A stretch of 36,040 nt of DNA from Lewinellaceae bacterium (GTDB taxonomy: Bacteria > Bacteroidota > Bacteroidia > Chitinophagales > Saprospiraceae). The position numbers and the translations under genes were made by a program. Positions 17,723-27,500 of this stretch are shown in pieces. The stretch's first letter is position 1, and each line of letters opens with the position of its first letter. The notes below the pieces were generated by a model. That model was given only the letters and a program-made list of their open reading frames with translations, ran no database searches and was not told the origin of the DNA. The DNA lies in NCBI GenBank assembly GCA_043738235.1, contig JAYSZC010000383.1, positions 1 through 36,040 on the forward strand, given 5' to 3'.

Positions 17723-18616
17723 TTATAAAATTTTCTTTAAATAACCCATGCTACTGGTGATACTGGCGAAGGCGTCTTTCGGCATATCGTGTTCCACGAA
17801 GTAGTGTTTGACCCCACCCGTTTTGGCGTAAGAGAAAATTCTTTTAAAATCAATGACCCCTTCCCCGACAGGCATCAGGTTTTTGTAACCTTTGTCAAAA
17901 TCCTTGACATGCAGCAAAGGGAACCGGCCCTTGTGTTTTTTAAATAATGCTACCGGATCGACGCCGGCTTTTGATACCCATGCCAGATCGAGTTCAAATT
18001 TCATCACATCGGCCTTGATTTGCGAAGCGAAATAATCGAAAGGGATGGTCCCTTCCACGTTCAAAAACTCTTTGTCGTGGTTGTGGTAGCAAAATGTCAG
18101 GCCGGCTTTTTTTGCCAGTTCGCCGGCTTTATTCAATATTTCCGCGCCTTCTTTTACCTCGTCCAGCGTATCGTGCGGTATTCCAGCGCAAACCATATAT
18201 TTCACACCTCCCTCAGCCACCATGTCCACTAACTTTTGCGCCTCGTTTTTGAGCGTGTCCATTTTGGGCATTTTACTGGTATCGAATGCCGGATTGGGTC
18301 TAAAAGGCGCTCCAATAACATGGTGCGAGCGCCAGTCTAAGCCCAAACTTTTGCTCAATGCCGCAAACTCTTTGGGCGTCATGCCGTAGATGCCACCTTT
18401 CATACTAAAAGCGGATTCAAGCTCCTGAAAACCGATGGCTTTTATTTTTGTCAGATTACCTTTTACGTCCCCATCGAAACTTGGAAAAAAGGTAAATAAT
18501 TGCACGCCGATCGGCTTGCGTTTTTTGGAGATCAACATTTCACTCAGGGGGTTGGCCGACATGGCGCCAAGCGCCAGAAGCCCTGATTGTTTTAGAAAAT
18601 TTCTTCTGTTTTGCAT
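17723..18616 (-). CDS. Tat-exported sugar phosphate isomerase/epimerase family protein (xylose isomerase-like TIM barrel)
   Basis: 297-aa ORF with the twin-arginine leader MQNRRNFLKQSGLLALGAMS. The TIM-barrel pattern (FCYHNHDKEF, FELDLAW, HVKD, YFVEHD) is typical of AP-endonuclease-2/xylose-isomerase-like proteins. Confidence 0.75.
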   Translation of the reverse strand: MQNRRNFLKQSGLLALGAMSANPLSEMLISKKRKPIGVQLFTFFPSFDGDVKGNLTKIKAIGFQELESAFSMKGGIYGMTPKEFAALSKSLGLDWRSHHVIGAPFRPNPAFDTSKMPKMDTLKNEAQKLVDMVAEGGVKYMVCAGIPHDTLDEVKEGAEILNKAGELAKKAGLTFCYHNHDKEFLNVEGTIPFDYFASQIKADVMKFELDLAWVSKAGVDPVALFKKHKGRFPLLHVKDFDKGYKNLMPVGEGVIDFKRIFSYAKTGGVKHYFVEHDMPKDAFASITSSMGYLKKIL

Positions 18617-19107
18617 GATGATTGTTTTTAGAAACTGTAAGAATTATGAAGAAAACTGCAAGCCCACGCGCTCGAAACGTTCATATAGCATGTCCCTGTA
18701 GCCTGCTTTCAAATCATCAGGTAAAAAAGACCGTTCCAACAGATCGAGCCAGATTGGGAGCGCCGTTTCAAACTGCTAAGACGGTAAATATACAGGATTA
18801 AAAAAGTGTGGACATTCATTTTTTCAAACAAATGCCCACATCGCTGAAACCATTCTACTTTATGAAATCAAAACTTGTATGAAGCCGGGAGGAAATAAGC
18901 CCGGGAGGAATACTCAACGTTGAGCACAATATAGTCGGATTAAGGTAAATAAGGAGCGTAACAATCAGACGCATATGGGGTGCATTTTGTGCTATTTCAG
19001 GTGAAAATCTGCCCTTACAAGAGATATGTGTCGCTCAGACACATATTACGAAAAAAAAGTATGTTATAAAAAATAATGTACATGTTTGTTGCATTCAACT
19101 AAATTAT

Positions 19108-19115
19108 TACATTTG
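19108..19115 (+). promoter_or_regulatory. candidate -7 promoter box TACATTTG (TAnnTTTG) for the susC operon
   Basis: Exact consensus match in the AT-rich divergent region, with a TTG-containing stretch about 20 nt upstream (19085-19090). It would give a 5' UTR of about 150-180 nt. Confidence 0.3.
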
Positions 19116-19284
19116 CGTGTCACCTTTGCAAATCGCAGAATATCCTTTGGCTAAAAAAGATATTGTCGGTTAATAATTCTAAGGAAAATGGCCTAATTGA
19201 GTATTTCCAAATACATAATAACCACCTGTTACCAATACCTATTTATCGTAAACATTTAACGAATTAACCAATGGATGAATCTTA

Positions 19285-19318
19285 CTTGACGTTAGAACGT
19301 CCTTGACGTTAGAACGTC
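19285..19318 (+). repeat. perfect tandem duplication of a 17-bp unit (CTTGACGTTAGAACGTC x2) overlapping the susC start
   Basis: Copies at 19285-19301 and 19302-19318 are identical. Each contains the palindrome GACGTT-AG-AACGTC. Confidence 0.95.
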
Positions 19319-22300
19319 AAAAACCTAAACAGGGCTGGCCAAGGCTTTTATTATTGGCCTCGATGTTGTTCATTTCCCAACTCAGCTTTGCACAAACAAC
19401 CTCCATCACCGGAAAATTGCTTGATCAGGAGGCAAATCCATTGATCGGCGCTACGGTGATTGTGAAGGGCACGGCCAGCGGGACAGTGTCAGACACCGAA
19501 GGAAAATTCCGGCTAAGCGTTCCTCCGGGCGGAAGCACTTTAGTGGTTTCCTACACCGGGTACGCGACGCAGGAAATCCCAATTGACGGTCGCACGGAAT
19601 TCAACGTTACCCTCGTTGAAGGCATTTCCTCTGTCAATGAGATTGTGGTTGTTGCGTATGGCGTCCAAAAGAAAGCGACCCTGACCGGCGCCGTAGTGGC
19701 TATTGGAGGGAGGGACTTGACCAAGTCACCCGCTGTGGATATGTCCAATTCGCTTGCCGGCCGACTGGCGGGCGTAGTAGTGGTTCAACCCAGTGGCGAG
19801 CCGGGCTACGACGGCGCCACCATCAACATTCGAGGCATCAATACATTGGGCAACAGCAGCCCGCTGATCGTCATTGACGGTTTCCCTGACCGCGACGGTG
19901 GCTTGGGCCGTTTAAGCCCGCAAGACGTCGAATCCATTTCGGTCTTGAAAGACGCTTCGGCGGCCATCTACGGCGCGCGCGCTGCCAACGGCGCTATCTT
20001 GATCACGACCAAGCGAGGCAAAACGGGCAAGCCTACGATCTCCTACAATTTCAACCAGGGCTGGTCGCAACCTACCGTGGTGCCTGAAATGTCGAATTCT
20101 GTGGAGTATGCTAACATTATGAACGAGCTGCCCATTTACCGGTCCATTCCGGTCGGCGAATGGACTGCGGCTTCAAACAGCATCAAAAGCACAGGTACCT
20201 ACGACTCGCCCACGGCGGGCGTGGCCACGCTGAACGCCAACTACAGCCCGGAAGCGGTGACCAAATACGGCGATGGGTCCGATCCGTGGGGTCACACAGA
20301 CACTGACTGGTTTGGCGATGCGTTCAAAAAGTGGGCGCCGCAGAACCGTCACAACATCCAAATGTCAGGCGGGAGCGAAAACATTCGGTACCTGACCTCG
20401 CTGGGCTATGTTTTCCAGGACGCCATTTATAAAAACTCCGCTACTTTCTACAAACAGTACAATGCACGAGTCAACCTCGATGCCAAGGTGAACAACTACA
20501 TCAGTGCCAACATCGGCGCTATGTTGCGCCGGGAAAACCGCAACTTCCCCACCGAATCTGCCGGCGCCATTTTCCGCATGCTTATGCGCGGTCGGCCCAC
20601 CGAACCGGAAGTATGGCCCAACGGCAAACCCGGTCCCGACATCGAAAACGGCCAAAATCCTTATGTCATCACAACAAACGCCACGGGCTACACCCAAGAC
20701 CCCACCGACTACCAACAGGTCAACGGCGGGGTGGAGATTACTAACCCTTGGATCAGTGGGCTGAAGCTGACCCTCAGCGCAGCTATTGACCGCGCCAATC
20801 GCAGCACCAAAACGTTCCAAACACCCTGGGAACTGTACTACTGGGACCGCACTTCCTATGAAGCCGACGGCACGACGCCCCTGCTGGTCGGTGCGGTGCG
20901 CTCCAACTTCACGGATCCCCGTCTCTCCCAGTCCTACGCTTCCAGGCTTAACACTAACCTGACTTCCTTGCTCAGCTACGACCGCACAGTGGGCGACCAT
21001 GCGATCAACATTCTGGCCGGCGTCACGAAAGAACAGTTTAAAGGCGATTTCTTTTTTGCTTACCGTCGCAACTTCATTTCCACGGCGGTTGACCAGCTGT
21101 TTGCCGGTGGTTCCGAACAGCAAAACACCGGAGGGTCTGCCTTCGAGAGAGCTCGTTTGGGATATTACGGCCGTTTTCAGTACAATTTCAAGGAAAAATA
21201 CCTGGCTGAATTCATTTGGCGGTACGATGGCTCCTACATTTTCCCGAAAGCCGGCCGTTTCGGTTTCTTCCCCGGCTTGTTGCTCGGTTGGAATGTTTCG
21301 AGTGAAAGGTTCATGGAAAACGTCAAATTCATTAACTTCTTGAAACTGCGCGCCTCCTACGGGCAGATGGGCAATGACCAGGTGTTCTACAATGGACAGT
21401 TGCAGGAGTACGCTTATCTGTCCACGTATGGGTTTGGTGCTTATCCCATCAATGGCGTGGTGGTCAGTACGCTGCGGGAAGTTGTGCTGGCAAACCCCGA
21501 CTTTACCTGGGAACGCGCCAACAACCTCAACTTTGGCCTGGATGCTACCCTTTTTAATAGCAGAATTGACGTGAACTTTGAGGTTTTCAAAAACCGGCGC
21601 GATCAGATTTTGATCCAGAAAACAGGTTCCACGCCGGCTTCTTCGGGCATCAGTTCGCTGCTGCCGCCGGTCAACGCAGGCAAAGTAGACAACCAAGGCT
21701 TTGAGTTCGCTTTGGGCTACAATTCCAGTACCAGCAGCAAGTTGCGCTTCCGGGCCACTGTGAATGGTGGTTATGCCCAAAACAAAGTTGTGTTCATGGA
21801 CGAAGTTCCCGGTGCGCCCGATTATCAACGCCAGGAAGGCAAGCCCATTGGCGCCTTTTTGATCTATGAAGCCGACGGCGCCTTTTTGGACCAGGCCGCC
21901 GTGGAGGCAAACACCATTGATTATAGTGGCGTCACGACCCAACTGCTGCCCGGCGACCTGAAGATCAAGGATTACAACGGCGATGGCAAAATTGATGCCG
22001 ATGACCAGGTGCGCCTCAGTAGCAACGCTTTCCCTACTTTCAACTTCGGCGCAACTTTGACTCTCTCTTATGGCGATTTCGACTTTTCGGCCCTCTTCCA
22101 GGGCGCCACGGGCGCGGACATTCGCATTTCCACGGAATCCGGCGATATCGGGAACTTCCTGAAATATAGCCATGATAACCGTTGGTCAATTGCCAATCCA
22201 AGCAGCACGGATCCCCGTTTGGCAAGTCGCGGCGACACCTATTTTACAGGTGGCAACTTCGGTAACAACACGTATTTCCTCTTTAGTAAAGACTACGTTC

Positions 22301-22506
22301 GGTTGAAAAACATCGAGCTAGGCTACAGCATTCCCCGCAGCGTTTTGGACAAATATAAATTCTCTGGCCTGCGCTTTTACGTCAATGCTCTTAATTTGCT
22401 AACATTTGCTGCAAACGATATTTTTGATCCGGAATCTACGGCTGGAAATGGTGTCTATTATCCTCAATCGCGGGTTATTAACACGGGCATCAGCTTAACT
22501 TTCTAA
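19303..22506 (+). CDS. susC: SusC/RagA-family TonB-dependent outer-membrane transporter
   Basis: 1067-aa ORF. It has a signal peptide (…ISQLSFA-Q), a carboxypeptidase-regulatory-like N-terminal domain (ITGKLLDQEANPLIGATVIVKGT…), a plug with VVVAYGVQKKATLTGAV, and a C-terminal barrel ending …GISLTF. The start codon is uncertain: TTG at 19303, see the finding on the 17-bp duplication. Confidence 0.9.
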   Translation: MTLERQKPKQGWPRLLLLASMLFISQLSFAQTTSITGKLLDQEANPLIGATVIVKGTASGTVSDTEGKFRLSVPPGGSTLVVSYTGYATQEIPIDGRTEFNVTLVEGISSVNEIVVVAYGVQKKATLTGAVVAIGGRDLTKSPAVDMSNSLAGRLAGVVVVQPSGEPGYDGATINIRGINTLGNSSPLIVIDGFPDRDGGLGRLSPQDVESISVLKDASAAIYGARAANGAILITTKRGKTGKPTISYNFNQGWSQPTVVPEMSNSVEYANIMNELPIYRSIPVGEWTAASNSIKSTGTYDSPTAGVATLNANYSPEAVTKYGDGSDPWGHTDTDWFGDAFKKWAPQNRHNIQMSGGSENIRYLTSLGYVFQDAIYKNSATFYKQYNARVNLDAKVNNYISANIGAMLRRENRNFPTESAGAIFRMLMRGRPTEPEVWPNGKPGPDIENGQNPYVITTNATGYTQDPTDYQQVNGGVEITNPWISGLKLTLSAAIDRANRSTKTFQTPWELYYWDRTSYEADGTTPLLVGAVRSNFTDPRLSQSYASRLNTNLTSLLSYDRTVGDHAINILAGVTKEQFKGDFFFAYRRNFISTAVDQLFAGGSEQQNTGGSAFERARLGYYGRFQYNFKEKYLAEFIWRYDGSYIFPKAGRFGFFPGLLLGWNVSSERFMENVKFINFLKLRASYGQMGNDQVFYNGQLQEYAYLSTYGFGAYPINGVVVSTLREVVLANPDFTWERANNLNFGLDATLFNSRIDVNFEVFKNRRDQILIQKTGSTPASSGISSLLPPVNAGKVDNQGFEFALGYNSSTSSKLRFRATVNGGYAQNKVVFMDEVPGAPDYQRQEGKPIGAFLIYEADGAFLDQAAVEANTIDYSGVTTQLLPGDLKIKDYNGDGKIDADDQVRLSSNAFPTFNFGATLTLSYGDFDFSALFQGATGADIRISTESGDIGNFLKYSHDNRWSIANPSSTDPRLASRGDTYFTGGNFGNNTYFLFSKDYVRLKNIELGYSIPRSVLDKYKFSGLRFYVNALNLLTFAANDIFDPESTAGNGVYYPQSRVINTGISLTF

Positions 22507-22523
22507 ACGTTAAACTCAAAACA

Positions 22524-24401
22524 ATGAAAAAGCTTAGTGCATTTTCGCTATTTTTATTGGCACTTGTCTCGATCTACATATCCTGCAAACCGGATTTCTT
22601 AGACACGGAGCCACTCGACAAAATTTCCAGTGAAGCAACCTGGAAGGATGGTCCCCTTTCGCAGGCTTTCATCTTCAATGTCTATTCATTCCTCGGTTAT
22701 GGAGGCTTTGAAGAACAGGCCCTGGCGTCCATTACCGATGAAGCCATGTTCACCCATGCCGGACGGAATATCGCGCCCTTCAACGAGGGAGCTGAAACGC
22801 CATCTAACCTGGCTTGGTTCAGTTCGACCTACAAATGGGACGATATGTACCTGGCTATTCGGCAAGCCAACATAGCATTGGAAAACTTGCCCACCTCAAC
22901 TTTCCAGGATGATCAACTGCGCGAGCGGCTTACAGGAGAAGCCTACTTTCTACGTGCCTACTACAACCAGCAACTCCTTCGTTACTATGGTGGCGTTCCC
23001 ATCATCACCAAATCTTATGGTTTGAACGAAGACTATACCATTGAGCGCAACACATATGAAGCATGTGTCAACGCCATTGTTGCCGACCTGGATCAGGCCG
23101 CTCAACTGTTGGACGGCAAATCGGAAATACCCGGTCGTGCCTCCAAGATTGCAGCCTTGGCCCTCAAATCAAGGGTTTTGCTGTACGCTGCCAGCGATCT
23201 CCATGATGGCCCCACGGCCAAATCCAACTCCAGCACATTGTCTTCTTTCGGCAATATTGAATTAGTGGCTTACAATGGCGGAGACCGTACTGCACGCTGG
23301 AGAGCAGCCAAAGAAGCAGCCAAAGCCGTACTGGATGCCTCTACCGGCTACAAATTGGACCTGGGCGCCCCTGCAACTTTAGAGGAAGGCAAAAACAACC
23401 ATATTGCCATTTCAATGGGCGGCAAAAGTAAAGCTGCCGATCCAAGTGCAGCGGTGGAGCTGATTTTCCAGCGCACACACACTGCTCTGTATACAGCCGA
23501 GGACAACTGGCCCCTGGGCGGTATCCACTATGGTATCAACAACGGACCGAACGGATACCACAACTGGGCCGGCAATACGCCGATCCAACAATTGGTAGAC
23601 GACTATGAAATGATGGACGGCACAAAATTCGATTGGAACAATCCTGCACAGAAAGCCGATCCATACCTCAACCGCGACCCTCGTTTTTATGCCACGATTC
23701 TTTTCGACGGTGCTGATTGGAAGCCACGCCCGGCCGATGTAGCTGCGCTCGATCCGGCGAATGAGATACAAACGGGCTACTATGACAATGGTAGCGGGGG
23801 TACGATTAATGGTATCGATACCCGTGAATCTGCCGTCGAAAACTGGAACGGCAGCCGTACACACTATTATGTCCGTAAATATATTGACCCGGATCCGGCT
23901 TTGCCCGACAACCAGTCCAGCGCCCAGGTAGTTCCGTGGCCCTTCATTCGCTATACCGAAGTGATTTTGAACTACGCCGAAGCCTGTATCGAATTGGGTG
24001 AAGAAAGCGAAGCACTTACATGGCTGAACAAGTTGCGTTTCCGCGCCGGTATGCCCGCCATTACCGAAAGCGGCGCGGCGCTGAAACAACGTTACCGCAA
24101 CGAACGCCGGGTAGAATTGGCCTATGAAGAGCACCGCTACCACGATGCCCGTCGCTGGATGATCGCACCTGCTACCCTCGGACGGGGTATTCAGGCCATC
24201 AATATCCAGGCAACGCTCAAACCGGGGGCCACCCCTGCCACGCCTTATCGCCACGATAAGAGCCTCTACGACTACAACTATACGGTGGTGAACAACACCG
24301 AGAACGAGAACCGCAGCTGGAACGACAAAATGTACTTCCGCCCCATTAGTCGTGACGAGATCAACCGGAACGCCAAGTTGGTGCAGAATCCGGGTTATTA
24401 G
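22524..24401 (+). CDS. susD: SusD/RagB-family nutrient-binding outer-membrane lipoprotein
   Basis: 625-aa ORF starting 17 nt after susC. It has a lipoprotein-type leader ending …IYISC. Typical SusD blocks are LRAYYNQQLLRYYGGVP, NRDPRFYATI and ERRVELAYEEHRYHDARRW. Confidence 0.9.
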   Translation: MKKLSAFSLFLLALVSIYISCKPDFLDTEPLDKISSEATWKDGPLSQAFIFNVYSFLGYGGFEEQALASITDEAMFTHAGRNIAPFNEGAETPSNLAWFSSTYKWDDMYLAIRQANIALENLPTSTFQDDQLRERLTGEAYFLRAYYNQQLLRYYGGVPIITKSYGLNEDYTIERNTYEACVNAIVADLDQAAQLLDGKSEIPGRASKIAALALKSRVLLYAASDLHDGPTAKSNSSTLSSFGNIELVAYNGGDRTARWRAAKEAAKAVLDASTGYKLDLGAPATLEEGKNNHIAISMGGKSKAADPSAAVELIFQRTHTALYTAEDNWPLGGIHYGINNGPNGYHNWAGNTPIQQLVDDYEMMDGTKFDWNNPAQKADPYLNRDPRFYATILFDGADWKPRPADVAALDPANEIQTGYYDNGSGGTINGIDTRESAVENWNGSRTHYYVRKYIDPDPALPDNQSSAQVVPWPFIRYTEVILNYAEACIELGEESEALTWLNKLRFRAGMPAITESGAALKQRYRNERRVELAYEEHRYHDARRWMIAPATLGRGIQAINIQATLKPGATPATPYRHDKSLYDYNYTVVNNTENENRSWNDKMYFRPISRDEINRNAKLVQNPGY

Positions 24402-24413
24402 TTTTAGGGGAGT

Positions 24414-24476
24414 GGACTAACTGCATGACAATACTATATTTTTTGCAAAAATTTAGTATTGTCATGCAGTTAGTCC
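24414..24476 (+). terminator. very long hairpin directly after susD (23-bp perfect stem, extendable to about 29 bp with one mismatch, 3-nt loop)
   Basis: ggactaactgcatgacaatacta … tagtattgtcatgcagttagtcc. The inner attttt/aaaaat also pairs. It lies 13 nt after the susD stop and about 70 nt before the next start. Confidence 0.6.
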
Positions 24477-24548
24477 ATTTACAGGAAGTGCCAACGTAGA
24501 GTCGGTTGCGCATAAGTACATTTCGTTGCTCGTTGATATGTTTGCTAT

Positions 24549-27500
24549 ATGAAAAAACGGACGCTCGGCGAGCGAAATCTTTTCCTTTCGGTTACCTTCC
24601 TCTCGTGCCTGCTTTGGCAATGTGGCAGGGATAAAACCCAGGAAACGGTAAGCCCTCCTCCTCCTGCCAATACCCTCTTTTCCCTGCTCTCCCCGGCAGA
24701 GACCGGTGTCAATTTCCAGAACACCCTCACGGAAGGCCCGAACACCAATATTTTGGTTTATGAATATTTTTACAACGGCGGCGGTGTCGCGGCGGGTGAT
24801 TTTAATGGCGACGGGCTGATTGACCTGTACTTTACCGCCAACATGGAAACCAACCGCTTCTACCTCAACCAGGGCGGTATGAAATTCAAGGACGTGACCG
24901 AACTGTCCGGCGCTGCCGGCCGGCCGGGCCCCTGGAAAACCGGGGTCAGCCTCGTGGACATCAACGGCGACCAGAAACTGGACCTCTACGTGTCGTACTC
25001 CGGTATGTTGCCCGAACCGAAACGCGCCAACCAACTCTTCATCAACCTGGGCAACGACGCCAACGGCGTACCGCGTTTTGAAGACCAGGCCGCCGCTTAC
25101 GGGCTGGCCAGCACAGGCTTCAGCAACCAGGCCTATTTTTTCGACTACGACCGGGACGGCGACCTGGATATGCTGCTGCTCAACCACAGCCCCAAGTCGT
25201 TGCCCATGCTCACCGAGACGGGCAACGCCGAAATGCTGAAACAGGACGACCCTAACCAGGGACTGCGCCTTTTCCGCCAGGACAAAGGCCATTTTACCGA
25301 TGTTACCCAGGCTGCCGGCATTTCTGGTTCGCCCCTTAGCTATGGCCTAGGTCTCGGTATTGCGGACGTGAACCGGGATGACTGGCCGGATTTTTACGTG
25401 TCGAACGATTACGCCGTGCCCGATTATCTTTATATCAACAATAAAAACGGCACTTTCACCGACCGATTGGGCCAAAGCCTCGGCCACAACAGCCAATTCT
25501 CGATGGGCAATGACGTCGCCGACGTGAACAACGACGGCTGGGCGGACATCGTGACCCTCGATATGTTGCCAGAGGACAACCGGCGGCAAAAACTGCTGCT
25601 GGCCCCCGACAACTACGCCAAATACGACCTCAACGTGCGCAGCAGCTTCCATCACCAGTTCATGCGCAATATGCTCCAGCTCAACAACGGCAACGGCACA
25701 TTCAGCGAAATCGGCCAATTGGCCGGTATCTCTAATACGGATTGGAGTTGGGCGGCCCTCCTGGCCGATTACGACAACGACGGCTGGAAAGACCTTTTCG
25801 TCACCAATGGCTATTATCGCGACTATACCAACCTGGATTTTATCCATTACATGGACGATGTGGTGCAGGCGAAAGGCCGGTTGCAACGCGAAGATGTGTT
25901 GGAGATCATCCAGCACATGCCCGCTTCCGATGTGTCCAACTACCTTTTCGCCAATCAGGATGGGCAGTCGTTCGTTAATAAATCCCAAGATTGGGGCGTG
26001 GCGCGCCCCTCGAACAGCAACGGCGCCGCTTATGCCGATCTGGACAATGACGGCGACCTGGATTTGGTGGTCAACAACGTGAACCAGCCCGCCTTCGTCT
26101 ATCGCAACGAAGCACAGCGGCAACCTAACCGTCATTATTTGCAAATACAATTGCAAGAGACGGGCGGAAACACGCAAGGCATCGGGGCCGGCGTGACCAT
26201 TTTCGCTCAAGGCCGGCAACAAACCCTGGAACAACAATGCGCGCGCGGCTACCTATCGGCCGTTTCGCCACTGCTGCACTTTGGTTTGGGTCAAGCCACC
26301 CACGTGGATTCTTTGGTGGTCACCTGGCCCAATGGTCGGCAACAAATACTGACCAATGTCCCCGTTGACCAAAAGTTGATCCTGCAAGCAAAAGACGCCG
26401 GTCGGCCAGCCCAAAAGTTGCCGGTACAAAGCCCTGTTTTCCGCAAAACAACGCCTCCTTTCCAATTTCAACAGGTCACCTCCACCGTACGAGACTTCGA
26501 CCGACAAAATTTGCTGATTTGCGAACTGTCTTTTACCGGCCCTTGCTTAGTCAAAGGTGATGTGAATGGCGACAAACGGGAAGATATATTGGTGGGAGGC
26601 GCAGCAGGCCAGGCCCTGACTTTATACTTACAAGAATCCGGCGGGCGCTTCAGCAATAAGGCCATACCTGCTTTTGAGGCCGATAAAGCTTGCACAGATG
26701 CCGATTTAGCACTGTTTGATGCCAATGGAGATGGTTTCCCCGACCTCTACGCCGCCAGCGGCGGGTATAATCAGTTGACCGACCAAGACCCGCTCCTGCT
26801 TGACCGGCTCTACCTCAATGATGGGAAAGGCCATTTTACGCGCGACGCGGAGGCTTTACCCGACTTTCGCGCCAGCAAAGGTTGTGTAGCGGTAGGCGAT
26901 TGCAACCGCGACGGACACCCCGACCTGTTTGTCGGCGGAAGAGTAGTGCCGGGACGGTACCCTGAAGCCCCCGGTAGCGCGCTGTTGATCAATGACGGGA
27001 AAGGCCATTTTTCCGACCAAACAAATGCATGGGCGCCGCAACTCCGAAATATGAGCATGGTCACCGATGCTGTTTGGGTGGACCTTGATCAAGATGGGCA
27101 ACAAGAATTGGTTATTGTGGGCGAGTGGCTACCTATTTCCGTCTATGCCGTGCAGGGGGGTAAACTGGAAGACCGAACCCTCCAATATTTCGGAAACTCC
27201 TACCGGGGCTGGTGGAATACCTTAGAAGTGGCAGACCTTAACCATGATCAAAAACCTGATTTGATAGCCGGGAACATGGGTCTGAACACGCAATTTAAAG
27301 TATCGGACACCGAACCAGCAGAACTTTACTACCGTGACTTCGATGGAAATGGTTCGGTTGATCCTATTTTTTGTTTTTTCATTCAGGGAAAAAGTTATCC
27401 CTATGTAACCCGTGACGAACTGGGTAAACAATTGCCAAGAATGCGCGCCCGCTTCACTTCCTACGAAAGTTATGCCGACGCCACCTTGAAAGACATGTTC

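Noticed and set aside
18644-18775. A minus-strand open frame of 43 sense codons ending in TAA. It reads protein-like (…ETALPIWLDLLERSFLPDDLKAGYRDMLYERFERVGLQFSS*) and could be the 3' remnant of a decayed gene upstream of the TIM-barrel gene. The overlapping 88-aa plus-strand ORF at 18435-18701 was also considered.
   Set aside because: There is a stop immediately upstream and no start codon before an internal Met. It is too short to separate from chance without a database search. A TBLASTN/BLASTP hit to the C-terminus of a known family would revive it. The plus-strand ORF overlaps the TIM-barrel gene start and looks spurious.
20365-22173. A 602-aa minus-strand ORF antisense to susC.
   Set aside because: It is fully embedded in the SusC ORF, which has unmistakable plug and barrel motifs. 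The antisense translation has no signal peptide or motifs and a biased composition.
24462-26237. Minus-strand ORFs of 276 aa (24462-25292) and 296 aa (25347-26237) antisense to the 1121-aa FG-GAP/ASPIC gene.
   Set aside because: These are shadow ORFs. The repetitive GAY-GGN-GAY coding of the FG-GAP motifs on the plus strand keeps the antisense frame open. No motifs are present.
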